Virus record (IMG/VR): IMGVR_UViG_3300017766_002183
Coordinates: 1-42,190 of that record
DNA from: a virus
Taxonomy: Duplodnaviria; Caudoviricetes
Length of the DNA: 42,190 bases
Reading direction: 5' to 3' (one strand)
The notes under the pieces were generated by a model. It was not told the DNA's origin. It worked only from the letters and a program-made list of their open reading frames with translations, and did no database searches. Shown piece by piece: positions 18,396 to 26,197 of this stretch; the first letter of the stretch is position 1; the number at the start of each line of letters is the position of its first letter. A program made the translations under genes and the position numbers.

Positions 18396-20435
18396 TCATA
18401 AGACTTGCACCTCACCGCCAACAGCAGAGATCCGGTTCGACGTGATCAGGGCTTCGAGCGCCCGCATTACGAGGTTCCGGCGCCGGTCCCGCTTGCCTTC
18501 CTCGGCCGGCATCTGGTTCACCGAGGCATCGATCAGCTGGTTGGTGGTGACGGTGCCGGGCAAGTCAGTCAGCTCGATAGCCGTCTTGAGAACCACCGCC
18601 TGCCACACGCCTTTAGGCTCGGCCTTGCGCTGGGCCTTGGGCACCTGGTTGCCTGCCTTGAGCACGCAGCTGGTGATGTCGTCGCCGTCCTCGTCCTGAT
18701 CCAGCACCACCGACTCCAAGGTGAACGGGAACTCTTCGCCCTCGCCGTCGCCGTCCTTCACTTTCGTGAGGGTGGCGCTGCGGTACTTGTCAGAGCGCTC
18801 GACACTGATCTCGACGTCCAGGGCGCCCTTGATACCGGACCAGCCCCGAATGCCCCGGCTGGTGTCCTTGCCTGCGTGGGCCACCAGCAGCACCATGGCG
18901 CCCGTAGCACGGTGGATCGCCTTGCAATGGGACAGTGCCCGGCCCATGTCCTCGCCGCTGTTCTCGTTGGCGCCGGGTGTGACTTGGGCCAGCGTGTCGA
19001 CCACCACCACGTCCACTTTGCCCAGAGCGCGCAGCGCTGCGATCAGATCCCGAACGTCTACCTTCTCCAGCAGGTTCGGGGCGTCGCCCAGCACGTGCAG
19101 GGGTAGTGCGGACAAGTCGGTGCCGTAGTGCTCTCCGTAGGCCTTGATGCGCAAGGCAAAGCCCCCAGCACCCTCGGCACAGATGTAGGCCACGGTGCCC
19201 TGCGTCACCTTGTGATCGCGCCATGGCTGGCCCGTAGCCACGGCCATGACCATATCCAACGTGAAAAAGGACTTGCCAGCCCCCGACTCGCCATAGACCA
19301 CACCCACCTCGGCCAGCGGCAGCACCTTCTTGATGGCCCACTTGGTAGCTGCGCGCACCGTGAAGTCGGCGGCCTGCTTGAACGCGAACCGCATACCTGC
19401 GGGCTTTGCTACAGAATTAATAGCTGCTTGCGCAGTATCCACGCTGGTACCATTCACTTTTGGCTCACTTTCCAGCACCTCGAAGTCGTCCAAGCTGGCC
19501 ACCTTGGAAGAGGCCCGGGCCTTGGCTTTCTGGCAGTGCTCGATCCACAGGTACATCAGCGCGCGGTCTTGGTCGTGGCGCCTGTGATCCAGTGCGATCT
19601 CCATGGTGTGGGGGTTAGTGGCCAGGATGCTGAACACCTCGTCGTCCGACAGGCCTGCACCGTAGAGTGCGGTGGCCGTGGCGAAGAGCTCACGCGACCG
19701 GTCGCCCCGGTGGGTGCCCTCAGTCAGGAAGTCGCGGGCCGCATAGCCGATATCCAAATCGTCCAGCGACGGCACCAGCAGCTCGTCCAACAACTCGGGC
19801 AGAGTGAGGCTGATCACGTTGCTAGTTGCGCTGCGTTCGCGTGCGTAGCGGGCTGTCAGGCTCTCCAGCACGCCCTCGGCAGGTGCCACCACGTCCAGCG
19901 CGGACATCTTGAGCCGATTGCCGGTGACCGTCAGGAACCGGGGCTCGTTGCCGCCGTACACCTCGCAGCCCACGTCGTGGTTCGTCCAGTCAGCAGCCAC
20001 CTCGCCCAAGGTGAAGATGCGCAGGCCGTTGCCGCTGGGTGACAGCTCGGTGTAGCTGCCCAGCTCTTGCACGATCTCCAGCGCCCAGGGCGCGATGGTG
20101 TTGCCATCCACGCACCGGTCCAGATCCGTGCCGACCAGACCATGCGGGCCGGTCATCACGTAGCCCACACCAGCAAAGGTGTCGGGGTTGGCTTCCATGG
20201 CCGCCACAGCAGCCTCGAAGCTCACCCAGCGCTCAGGCTTGGCAGTGGACAGGCCATAGAACGGGGCGCGTGGTGCGCAAGGTATCTTGTCCCACTTGCC
20301 ACGTTTCTCGGACCAGACCGCTTTCCACGGCGCCCAGCGGGCTTGCGACTTGAGCGCTTGGGGGATGTTCTCGCCCTTGAAGGTGGGGCGCATAGGGGTA
20401 ATTGTTTGGGCCATCACTCCGATGACCCCGCTCAA
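18396..20435 (-). CDS. primase-helicase fusion (AEP-type primase/polymerase plus AAA_25/RepA-type helicase)
   Basis: GTDLDRC and YTELSPSGNGLRIF primase motifs; Walker A GESGAGKS, Walker B VVVVDT, HAGKD...RGWS. Start uncertain (20435 or 20414). Confidence 0.9.
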   Translation of the reverse strand: MSGVIGVMAQTITPMRPTFKGENIPQALKSQARWAPWKAVWSEKRGKWDKIPCAPRAPFYGLSTAKPERWVSFEAAVAAMEANPDTFAGVGYVMTGPHGLVGTDLDRCVDGNTIAPWALEIVQELGSYTELSPSGNGLRIFTLGEVAADWTNHDVGCEVYGGNEPRFLTVTGNRLKMSALDVVAPAEGVLESLTARYARERSATSNVISLTLPELLDELLVPSLDDLDIGYAARDFLTEGTHRGDRSRELFATATALYGAGLSDDEVFSILATNPHTMEIALDHRRHDQDRALMYLWIEHCQKAKARASSKVASLDDFEVLESEPKVNGTSVDTAQAAINSVAKPAGMRFAFKQAADFTVRAATKWAIKKVLPLAEVGVVYGESGAGKSFFTLDMVMAVATGQPWRDHKVTQGTVAYICAEGAGGFALRIKAYGEHYGTDLSALPLHVLGDAPNLLEKVDVRDLIAALRALGKVDVVVVDTLAQVTPGANENSGEDMGRALSHCKAIHRATGAMVLLVAHAGKDTSRGIRGWSGIKGALDVEISVERSDKYRSATLTKVKDGDGEGEEFPFTLESVVLDQDEDGDDITSCVLKAGNQVPKAQRKAEPKGVWQAVVLKTAIELTDLPGTVTTNQLIDASVNQMPAEEGKRDRRRNLVMRALEALITSNRISAVGGEVQVL

Positions 20436-20671
20436 ATCTCAGATGTCTCGAACAAGCTGCGCAGCTTGGGCTTGACCAGGCGCGCACGGGGGATGCCCGT
20501 CACCTGCTCCACTTCCTGCGCGCGGTCGGTGGACACCCACCCGCGTTTACGCCAATGGCTCACGTTCTGCTGGGTGCACCCCAGCAGCTCGGCCAGCTTC
20601 TCCTGCGATCCGGCCGCCGCGATAGCGTCAGTAATGCCGGTGGTTTGTGTCTTTTCTTCGGGTGTAGTCAA
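20432..20671 (-). CDS. Cro-like (YdaS-type) HTH regulator
   Basis: AIAAAGSQEKLAELLGCTQQNVSHW; divergent from the repressor; AAGGAG RBS before TTG 20671. Confidence 0.85.
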   Translation of the reverse strand: MTTPEEKTQTTGITDAIAAAGSQEKLAELLGCTQQNVSHWRKRGWVSTDRAQEVEQVTGIPRARLVKPKLRSLFETSEI

Positions 20672-20841
20672 AAGAATCTCCTTGTAAAAGTCACAAGGAT
20701 AAAACAAGAAACGCCTTTTAACTAGTCACATTTGTAAAAAGACTTGAAAAGCTGGCCGTTGTAGCCGATAGTGGAAAATATACAAATTGCTTTTGTACGT
20801 TGCGCGGCGCCCCGCGCTCCATAGAGAGAACAGGATTCGCC
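20672..20841. promoter_or_regulatory. divergent cro/repressor control region with ACAA/TTGT operator-like sites
   Basis: AT-rich intergenic region. TCCTTGT-N7-ACAAGGA at 20679-20699, ACTA-N7-TTGT at 20721-20735, TACAA-N7-TTGTA at 20781-20797. Possible TTGAAA-N17-GATAGT promoter at 20744-20772. Confidence 0.65.
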
Positions 20842-21684
20842 ATGCAAGAAACAGAAACCAACAGCTTCGGCAAAGTGCTCAAAGCCGAACGCAAGCGCCT
20901 AGGGTGGAGCCAGCAGGAGCTGGCCGATCAGGTGGGTGTTACTCAGCAGAACGTAGGGAACTGGGAGCGTGGCGAGAACATGCCTAAGCAGGCCGCGCTG
21001 GATAAGCTGATCGAAGTGCTGGGCCCAGATTCGCCAATCGCAGCTACAAGGCTCAGGCCTGAGCTGCGCCCAGCCCACCATGCCGGGGAGACGATTACGG
21101 AGTACGCAGCTTTTAGTCGCAGACAAACCGAGTTCAATCTAGAAAAGGTGCCTCTCGTGGGTGAAGGCCGGCCCGTGCTTTTCAGAGATGCCCACCGAAA
21201 GATCCAGGCGCTGCTATCACCCGAGCTAAAAGGCAACATGGAGCGGCGGGTGTCCTACGGCCGCACCAGGTATATGGCCGACTACCTTAGTGACAGGGTG
21301 TGTATCACCATCAAGCAAATCAGTACCTCGGCGAGGGGCGCACGGGCTAGCGGCCAACCACTAGATATAGCGTTCAGACGCACCCAGAGGGATGCGCTTT
21401 TTCAGCTTACGGCGATCCGAAAGATCAACGATCACCTGCAGCTAAAGCCCAACACACTCAGTTACGTGCTGATCTACTTGGTCCCGGACGAGGAAACCGT
21501 CATGTGGCTGGATTCTTGCCGGCCATTGCTGGAAGAGGCTGCCCTGTTTGATGTGCACTTTAGGGCTGTCTCCAACATAGAAAAGATCCCGTACATCGTC
21601 AATTTCTACGAGAACTCAACCAACTCACCCGACGAAGGCATGCCCGTCGATGAAATTGACGACGAGGAATGGTTAAACAACTAG
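20842..21684 (+). CDS. XRE-family HTH repressor (CI-like) with atypical C-terminal domain
   Basis: LKAERKRLGWSQQELADQVGVTQQNVGNWERG HTH; AGGA RBS before ATG 20842; no S24 peptidase motifs recognised. Confidence 0.82.
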   Translation: MQETETNSFGKVLKAERKRLGWSQQELADQVGVTQQNVGNWERGENMPKQAALDKLIEVLGPDSPIAATRLRPELRPAHHAGETITEYAAFSRRQTEFNLEKVPLVGEGRPVLFRDAHRKIQALLSPELKGNMERRVSYGRTRYMADYLSDRVCITIKQISTSARGARASGQPLDIAFRRTQRDALFQLTAIRKINDHLQLKPNTLSYVLIYLVPDEETVMWLDSCRPLLEEAALFDVHFRAVSNIEKIPYIVNFYENSTNSPDEGMPVDEIDDEEWLNN

Positions 21685-21971
21685 CGCAGGGCACGACAGA
21701 CGTGCAGATCCCCGCGCGTCTTGGCCTTGTGATCTTCAACTCTTAACCACTGCAGGTTTTCAACCGCATCAGCCCCGCCAGCGCACAGCGGGGTGACGTG
21801 ATCCACGTGGTAGCCCGGACACGGCAGCCGGTGCAGTCCCGTCGCAGGACAAGCGTGCTCTTTCACGAACGCGCGCAGCACCTTTTTATCCCTTTGGAAT
21901 TTAGCGCTAGCCCCCGTGGGTATTGCGCAAGCAGCTATTAAAAATATAGCAGCTAGTCGCCGGATACCCAC
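21681..21971 (-). CDS. HNH endonuclease-like protein with N-terminal signal peptide
   Basis: CPATG...CPGYHVDHVTPLCAGGADAVENLQWL...HKAKT HNH motif; from GTG 21971 it reads MGIRRLAAIFLIAACAIPTGASA. Start is inferred. Confidence 0.75.
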   Translation of the reverse strand: MGIRRLAAIFLIAACAIPTGASAKFQRDKKVLRAFVKEHACPATGLHRLPCPGYHVDHVTPLCAGGADAVENLQWLRVEDHKAKTRGDLHVCRALR

Positions 21972-22186
21972 GCCAGAAGCCCGGTAAACGCAAACGCCAG
22001 GGACAACACCAACGGGGTCAACAAAGCTACAGACAGGAGCGAAGGCTCCCAGCCGTGGTATCGCATCTCCCCGCCCACCAAGTAAACGAACGGCAACGCG
22101 AAAAGCGGAACGCACAACAGCGCGATTCGCGGCCCCCTACCTTGCGGCGCTCGCAGCCAGCGCCTATTTCGCGTCACTTTTTCCAC
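21953..22186 (-). CDS. small two-TM membrane protein
   Basis: Two hydrophobic segments; GGGG RBS-like run before GTG; overlaps the HNH start. Confidence 0.55.
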   Translation of the reverse strand: MEKVTRNRRWLRAPQGRGPRIALLCVPLFALPFVYLVGGEMRYHGWEPSLLSVALLTPLVLSLAFAFTGLLAWVSGD

Positions 22187-22294
22187 TTCGCCCCCTGATT
22201 TTGGTGAATCAGCAGGCTATCGCACCCCAAAAAAGATAGCAAACAAGCCAGCAACTGCGGCCCTTGTAAATCCTTTTGAGATTTCTTTTAAAAG

Positions 22295-22341
22295 TTTCTT
22301 GTAGAAACAAGAAAAGCCTTGTATATTTCGCAGCAACAAGG
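22295..22341 (+). promoter_or_regulatory. early rightward sigma70-like promoter overlapped by operator-like repeats
   Basis: TTGTAG (22299-22304)-N17-TATATT (22322-22327); TTTCTTGT-N4-ACAAGAAA and ACAAG-N6-CTTGT overlap it. Confidence 0.65.
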
Positions 22342-22358
22342 AAATACTTTTAAAAACC

Positions 22359-22448
22359 ATGAGCCGCACAAGCATCACCCTCGCCGTCACATACATCGCC
22401 GCCCTGGTGGTGGTCGTCTTGGACCTGTTTGTGTTTCGCCCCTACTAA
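22359..22448 (+). CDS. 29-aa single-TM peptide (not in ORF track)
   Basis: MSRTSITLAVTYIAALVVVVLDLFVFRPY*; first ORF after the early promoter. Confidence 0.6.
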   Translation: MSRTSITLAVTYIAALVVVVLDLFVFRPY

Positions 22449-22466
22449 AAAGCAAAGGACCGCACC

Positions 22467-22880
22467 GTGAACTGGCAACAACTCACCGACAGCGAACTGG
22501 CCCGCCATGCGGACCTCGCTCAAGACCCATTGACCACCACCGACTTGGAGCGCGAGCTGCTGCGTCGCTTCTCCGCGCAGACCGACGCCGCTGCCGAGCT
22601 GGTGCTCATCACGGACGTGCTGGATGAATTCAACATCGACCACACCGCTACTGCCGACATCGAGCAACTGCGCGACGCCCTGCAGTTTCAGTTCGACCGC
22701 GGCGACCAAAAGAACAGCCTCGCCAACGTCCGCGCCCTGCTCGACACCCTCGCCGACTTCGACATCGACAGCCCCGAAGCCCTGCGCAAGCAGCTCGACC
22801 GCCTTTCCAAATTCGACCAAGTGATGCAGGACTTGGCCGACCCCATCACCACCCTGCAAACCCTCGTAACTACGGAGTAA
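22467..22880 (+). CDS. hypothetical protein
   Basis: AAGGA RBS, phage-like codon usage, internal repeat (LDEFNID...EQLR / LADFDID...EALR). Confidence 0.75.
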   Translation: MNWQQLTDSELARHADLAQDPLTTTDLERELLRRFSAQTDAAAELVLITDVLDEFNIDHTATADIEQLRDALQFQFDRGDQKNSLANVRALLDTLADFDIDSPEALRKQLDRLSKFDQVMQDLADPITTLQTLVTTE

Positions 22881-22885
22881 GACCC

Positions 22886-23320
22886 ATGAGCCTTGAAGCC
22901 GCAATTATTCAAAACACCGAAACCATGGAGCGCTTGATCGCTGTGTGGAACAAGTTGGCCGAAACCACCAACGCCCGCCCCGTGGTCGGCCAAGCCATTG
23001 CCGAACCCGCCAAGGTGGAAGTAAAAAAGTTGGATGTGAAGCCTGCCGCTGGCCAGCCTACTGCAACGGAAAAGACGGAGGCCGCTGCGCCCGAATCGAC
23101 AACCAGCGCACCCGCCCCTGCTGCTCAATCTGCGGCGGCCGAGTCCCAAGTCTCGACTGCTGCGACGACTACCACCTACGACCAGGTGGCTAAGGCCATC
23201 ACCGAGGGTGTGAAGGCTGACCGCGCCAAGGTCGTGGCCGCCCTCGCCAAGTTCGGCGCCAAGAAGGGCACCGAGCTCAAGGCCGAGCAGTACAGCGCGT
23301 TCCTCGCGGAGCTGGCATGA
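22886..23320 (+). CDS. conserved hypothetical protein preceding DUF2800 nuclease
   Basis: MSLEAAI start, Ala/Pro/Thr linker, C-terminal LAKFGAKKGTELKAEQY; GGAG RBS. Confidence 0.75.
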   Translation: MSLEAAIIQNTETMERLIAVWNKLAETTNARPVVGQAIAEPAKVEVKKLDVKPAAGQPTATEKTEAAAPESTTSAPAPAAQSAAAESQVSTAATTTTYDQVAKAITEGVKADRAKVVAALAKFGAKKGTELKAEQYSAFLAELA

Positions 23321-23526
23321 GCACCGGCGCCAAACCCAAGGCATCGACGATGTCCTTCAAGGTTTCCACCGCACACATGCGGACCGAGTTCAAGGGCTCG
23401 CTCGTTGGTGGCGTAGCTGCAGCCTTCTACAACGTCCCTGCCGAGGAACGCCCCCGCCTGCTGGCCGATCTGCAGCAGATCCACGAGAAGCTGACGGCCC
23501 ACGAGGCTAAAGAGGGGGCTAACTAA
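23317..23526 (+). CDS. hypothetical protein
   Basis: ATGA coupling with the upstream gene; GGAG RBS. Confidence 0.65.
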   Translation: MSTGAKPKASTMSFKVSTAHMRTEFKGSLVGGVAAAFYNVPAEERPRLLADLQQIHEKLTAHEAKEGAN

Positions 23527-24687
23527 ATGGCCCACGCAACCCTCTCCCCTTCTAGCGCTGTGCGCTGGATGGCCTGCCCCGGCTCGGTGCGCTTGACCAA
23601 AGACCTGCCGGATGACAGCAGCGCCTTTGCCGACGAAGGCACCGACGCCCACGAGCTGGCCGCCCTGTGCTTGGAAACAAACACCGACGCCAAGGCCTAT
23701 CTGGGCCGCATCATGGAAAAGGGCAACGCCGTCACCGACGAGATGGCGCTGGCCGTCCAGGACTACGTGGACTATGTGCGCGACGTAGTGGCCGCCACTG
23801 GTGGCGAGCTGCTGGTCGAGCAAAAGCTCTCCATCGCCCACATCACCGGCGAAGCAGGCGCCAAGGGCACCAGCGACGTGGTGATCTTGGCCGCCCCCGA
23901 GCTGATCATTGCTGACTTGAAGTTCGGCCGTGGCGTGCCCGTGGACGCCATGGACAACCCCCAGCTGCAGATCTACGCGCTGGGCGCACTGGAACAGTTC
24001 GGCCTTGCCGCTGACTTCGAGCGCGTGCGCACGGTGATCCACCAGCCCCGCCTCGGTGCGGTGTCGGAGTGGACTCAGACAGTGGAAGAGCTCAAGGCGT
24101 TCGAGGCCGAGGTGGCCAAGGCTGCCGGCGACTCCGCTCTGCCAGACGCCCCGCTGCACCCCACCGGCAAGGGCTGCAAGTTCTGCAAGGCCAAGGCCAC
24201 ATGCCCCGCCCTGCGTCAGGAAGTGCTGGACACGTTCGAGGCTATCAAGCCAGAGACTGCCACCACCGACCAGTTGGGCGAGGCCATGGGCAAGGCCGAT
24301 CTGATCAAGGCATGGCTCAAAGCCATCCGCGCCGAGACTGAAACCAAGCTGCTGGCCGGCGTGCCGGTGGCCGGCTTCAAGCTGGTGCAGGGCAAGAAGG
24401 GTGACCGTGCCTGGTCCGACAAAGAGGCCGCCGAGGCTCTGCTCAAGACCATGCGCGTGCCGCACGACCAGATGTATGACTACTCAGTGATCAGCCCGAC
24501 CACTGCCGAGAAGCTGCACAAGTCCGAAGTCATTGGCCCCCGCCAGTGGCCCAAGGTGCGGGCCCTGATCACCCAATCCGAGGGCAAGCCCTCGGTGGCC
24601 CCCGAATCCGATAAACGCCCCGCGATGGTCATGTCCGCGGTGCTGGATGACTTCACCGACGTGACCACCGCCGACGACCTTCTGTAA
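23527..24687 (+). CDS. DUF2800 Cas4-like PD-(D/E)XK exonuclease
   Basis: HATLSPSSAVRWMACPGS, GTSD...IADLKFG, QLQIYALGA, CKFCKAKATC. Confidence 0.9.
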   Translation: MAHATLSPSSAVRWMACPGSVRLTKDLPDDSSAFADEGTDAHELAALCLETNTDAKAYLGRIMEKGNAVTDEMALAVQDYVDYVRDVVAATGGELLVEQKLSIAHITGEAGAKGTSDVVILAAPELIIADLKFGRGVPVDAMDNPQLQIYALGALEQFGLAADFERVRTVIHQPRLGAVSEWTQTVEELKAFEAEVAKAAGDSALPDAPLHPTGKGCKFCKAKATCPALRQEVLDTFEAIKPETATTDQLGEAMGKADLIKAWLKAIRAETETKLLAGVPVAGFKLVQGKKGDRAWSDKEAAEALLKTMRVPHDQMYDYSVISPTTAEKLHKSEVIGPRQWPKVRALITQSEGKPSVAPESDKRPAMVMSAVLDDFTDVTTADDLL

Positions 24688-24705
24688 ACCACTTGGAGCA
24701 ACACC

Positions 24706-25254
24706 ATGAAACTGAAACTCTTGAACGTTCGCCTCGCCTTCCCTCAACTCTTCGAGGCCAAGACCGTGGCCGGTGAAGGCAAGCCCGCCCACAGCGGCAC
24801 CTTCCTGATCGACCCGGCTGACCCGCAGGTGAAGGCCATCAACGCGGCCATCGACGCCACCGCTAAAGAAAAGTGGGGCGCCAAGGCCGACGCCATCCTC
24901 AAGCAAGCCCGTGCTGCTGACAAGGTTTGCCTGCACAACGGCGACCTGAAAGCCACCTATGACGGCTTTCCCGGCAATCTGTTTATCAGCGCCCGCAACC
25001 CGCTGCGCCCCACCGTGGTGGACGCGGACAAGACCCCGCTCACCGAGAAAGACGGGCGGCCATACGCCGGCTGCTACGTGCACGTGGTTCTGGAGCTCTG
25101 GGCGCAGGACAACCAATACGGCAAGCGCGTCAACGCCACCCTCATGGGCGTGCAGTTCTACAAAGACGGCGACAGCTTCACTGGCGGCGGCGTCGCAAGT
25201 GAAGACGACTTTGACGACATCAGCACCGGCGCCACTGCCGACGACTTGGCGTAA
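24706..25254 (+). CDS. DUF2815 single-stranded DNA-binding protein
   Basis: NVRLAFPQLFE, YAGCYV, GVQFYKDGD and an acidic tail. Confidence 0.9.
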   Translation: MKLKLLNVRLAFPQLFEAKTVAGEGKPAHSGTFLIDPADPQVKAINAAIDATAKEKWGAKADAILKQARAADKVCLHNGDLKATYDGFPGNLFISARNPLRPTVVDADKTPLTEKDGRPYAGCYVHVVLELWAQDNQYGKRVNATLMGVQFYKDGDSFTGGGVASEDDFDDISTGATADDLA

Positions 25255-25263
25255 CAGCCGAAC

Positions 25264-25552
25264 GCTAGGCCTCGCAGGGCAGTGCATAGCAAGGCCACGC
25301 ATTTCAAAGCTACACGGATCGCGCCTTTCTCGGAGGGCGCTTTCCGAGTCACTTTGATTCAACCGCATAGCCACGCGCCGCATGGCAGGGCAGAGCATAG
25401 AAAAGCTACACGGATCGCGTCTTTACCAAAGGGCGCTTTCCGGGTCGTTTTGACCTCAGAGCGCCGCATTGCCGAGCAGTGCACAGCAGAGCAGCGCAGT
25501 GCAAAGCTATTCGGATCGCGCCTTTACCAAAGGGTGCTTTCCAAACAGCTTT
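25264..25552 (+). ncRNA. three-unit structured RNA array: (GCN-NN)7-8 pentamer tract plus conserved ~50-nt hairpin; candidate guide RNAs
   Basis: Pentamer tracts at 25264-25303, 25365-25399 and 25461-25500; hairpins at about 25304-25357, 25402-25451 and 25503-25552; unit periods 96 and 101 nt; stem variants keep pairing through G-U on the + strand. Confidence 0.8.
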
Positions 25553-25597
25553 AACCCAGACCGGTGTTCATCGGTCGCAACATCGAAAGAGTGAGAA

Positions 25598-26197
25598 ATG
25601 TCCATCCAGCAAGCGCGCATCAAGATCACCGGGCTGAACTACCTGCTGCAAAACAACCCGCAGACCGTTGACCCGTTCAACAGTTTCAGCAAGGCAATGA
25701 AGGCCATCACCAGCAAGAAGAGTAACAAAACCGAGGATGACCTGATTGCCCTGGGCAACATCGAAACCGAATCCAAGCTGTACTTTGACGAGGAAGTCGG
25801 CGTCTATGTCCCCACCCGCTGGTTGACCGAGGCTATTTGCACGGGCGCCTTCGCAGTGATCAAGACCGGCAAGGACAAGATGCGCGGCGGGATCTTCGCC
25901 ACCGAAGAAAAAGCCAAGCTGCAATACAAAGACATGTCCAAGGTCAAAACCATCACCGACGTGGTGATGAACCCGACCTTTCGCCATCGCGCACTGCTGC
26001 CCCAAATGGGCAAACGCATCCCCAAAGACTTCCCTATCTTCAAAGATTGGTCATTCGAGACAGGCATCGAATTTGACGACACCGTGGTGGACTTCGCAGG
26101 GTTGAAGCGCGTAGTCGAACGCACCGCCACTTATGTCGGCTTCGGCGATTTTCGCCCCACCTTCGGCCGCGCCGTTGCTGAGGTGACCAATGCCTAA
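25598..26197 (+). CDS. stand-alone RAMP/Cas7-like RNA-binding protein, 199 aa
   Basis: N-terminal strand IKITGLNYLL, VYVP followed by a helix, PIFKDWSFETGIEFD strand and C-terminal Gly-rich loop VGFGDFRPTFGR. This is the motif order of RAMP (RRM-fold) proteins. Confidence 0.75.
   Translation: MSIQQARIKITGLNYLLQNNPQTVDPFNSFSKAMKAITSKKSNKTEDDLIALGNIETESKLYFDEEVGVYVPTRWLTEAICTGAFAVIKTGKDKMRGGIFATEEKAKLQYKDMSKVKTITDVVMNPTFRHRALLPQMGKRIPKDFPIFKDWSFETGIEFDDTVVDFAGLKRVVERTATYVGFGDFRPTFGRAVAEVTNA

Noticed and set aside
18205-18399. Short ORFs across the TGTGGCA repeat region
   Set aside because: Low-complexity translations of the repeats (ATSATS, CGICGI); more plausibly non-coding.
23527-24687. Cas4 as part of a CRISPR adaptation module
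   Set aside because: It is the DUF2800 nuclease routinely found with DUF2815 and polymerase A in such phages; nothing in the sequence links it to the array.
25264-25552. Canonical CRISPR array or TIGR-type array
   Set aside because: The repeats are ~50-nt imperfect hairpins and the intervening segments are themselves 5-nt periodic rather than free spacers. No cas1/cas2, Nop-domain gene or box C/D motifs were recognised.
25282-25554. 90-aa ORF over the array (and the antisense ORF 24484-25398)
   Set aside because: The repeated peptide (KATRIA) is a by-product of the nucleotide repeats; 5-nt periodicity and G-U-preserving changes point to RNA-level constraint; no RBS.
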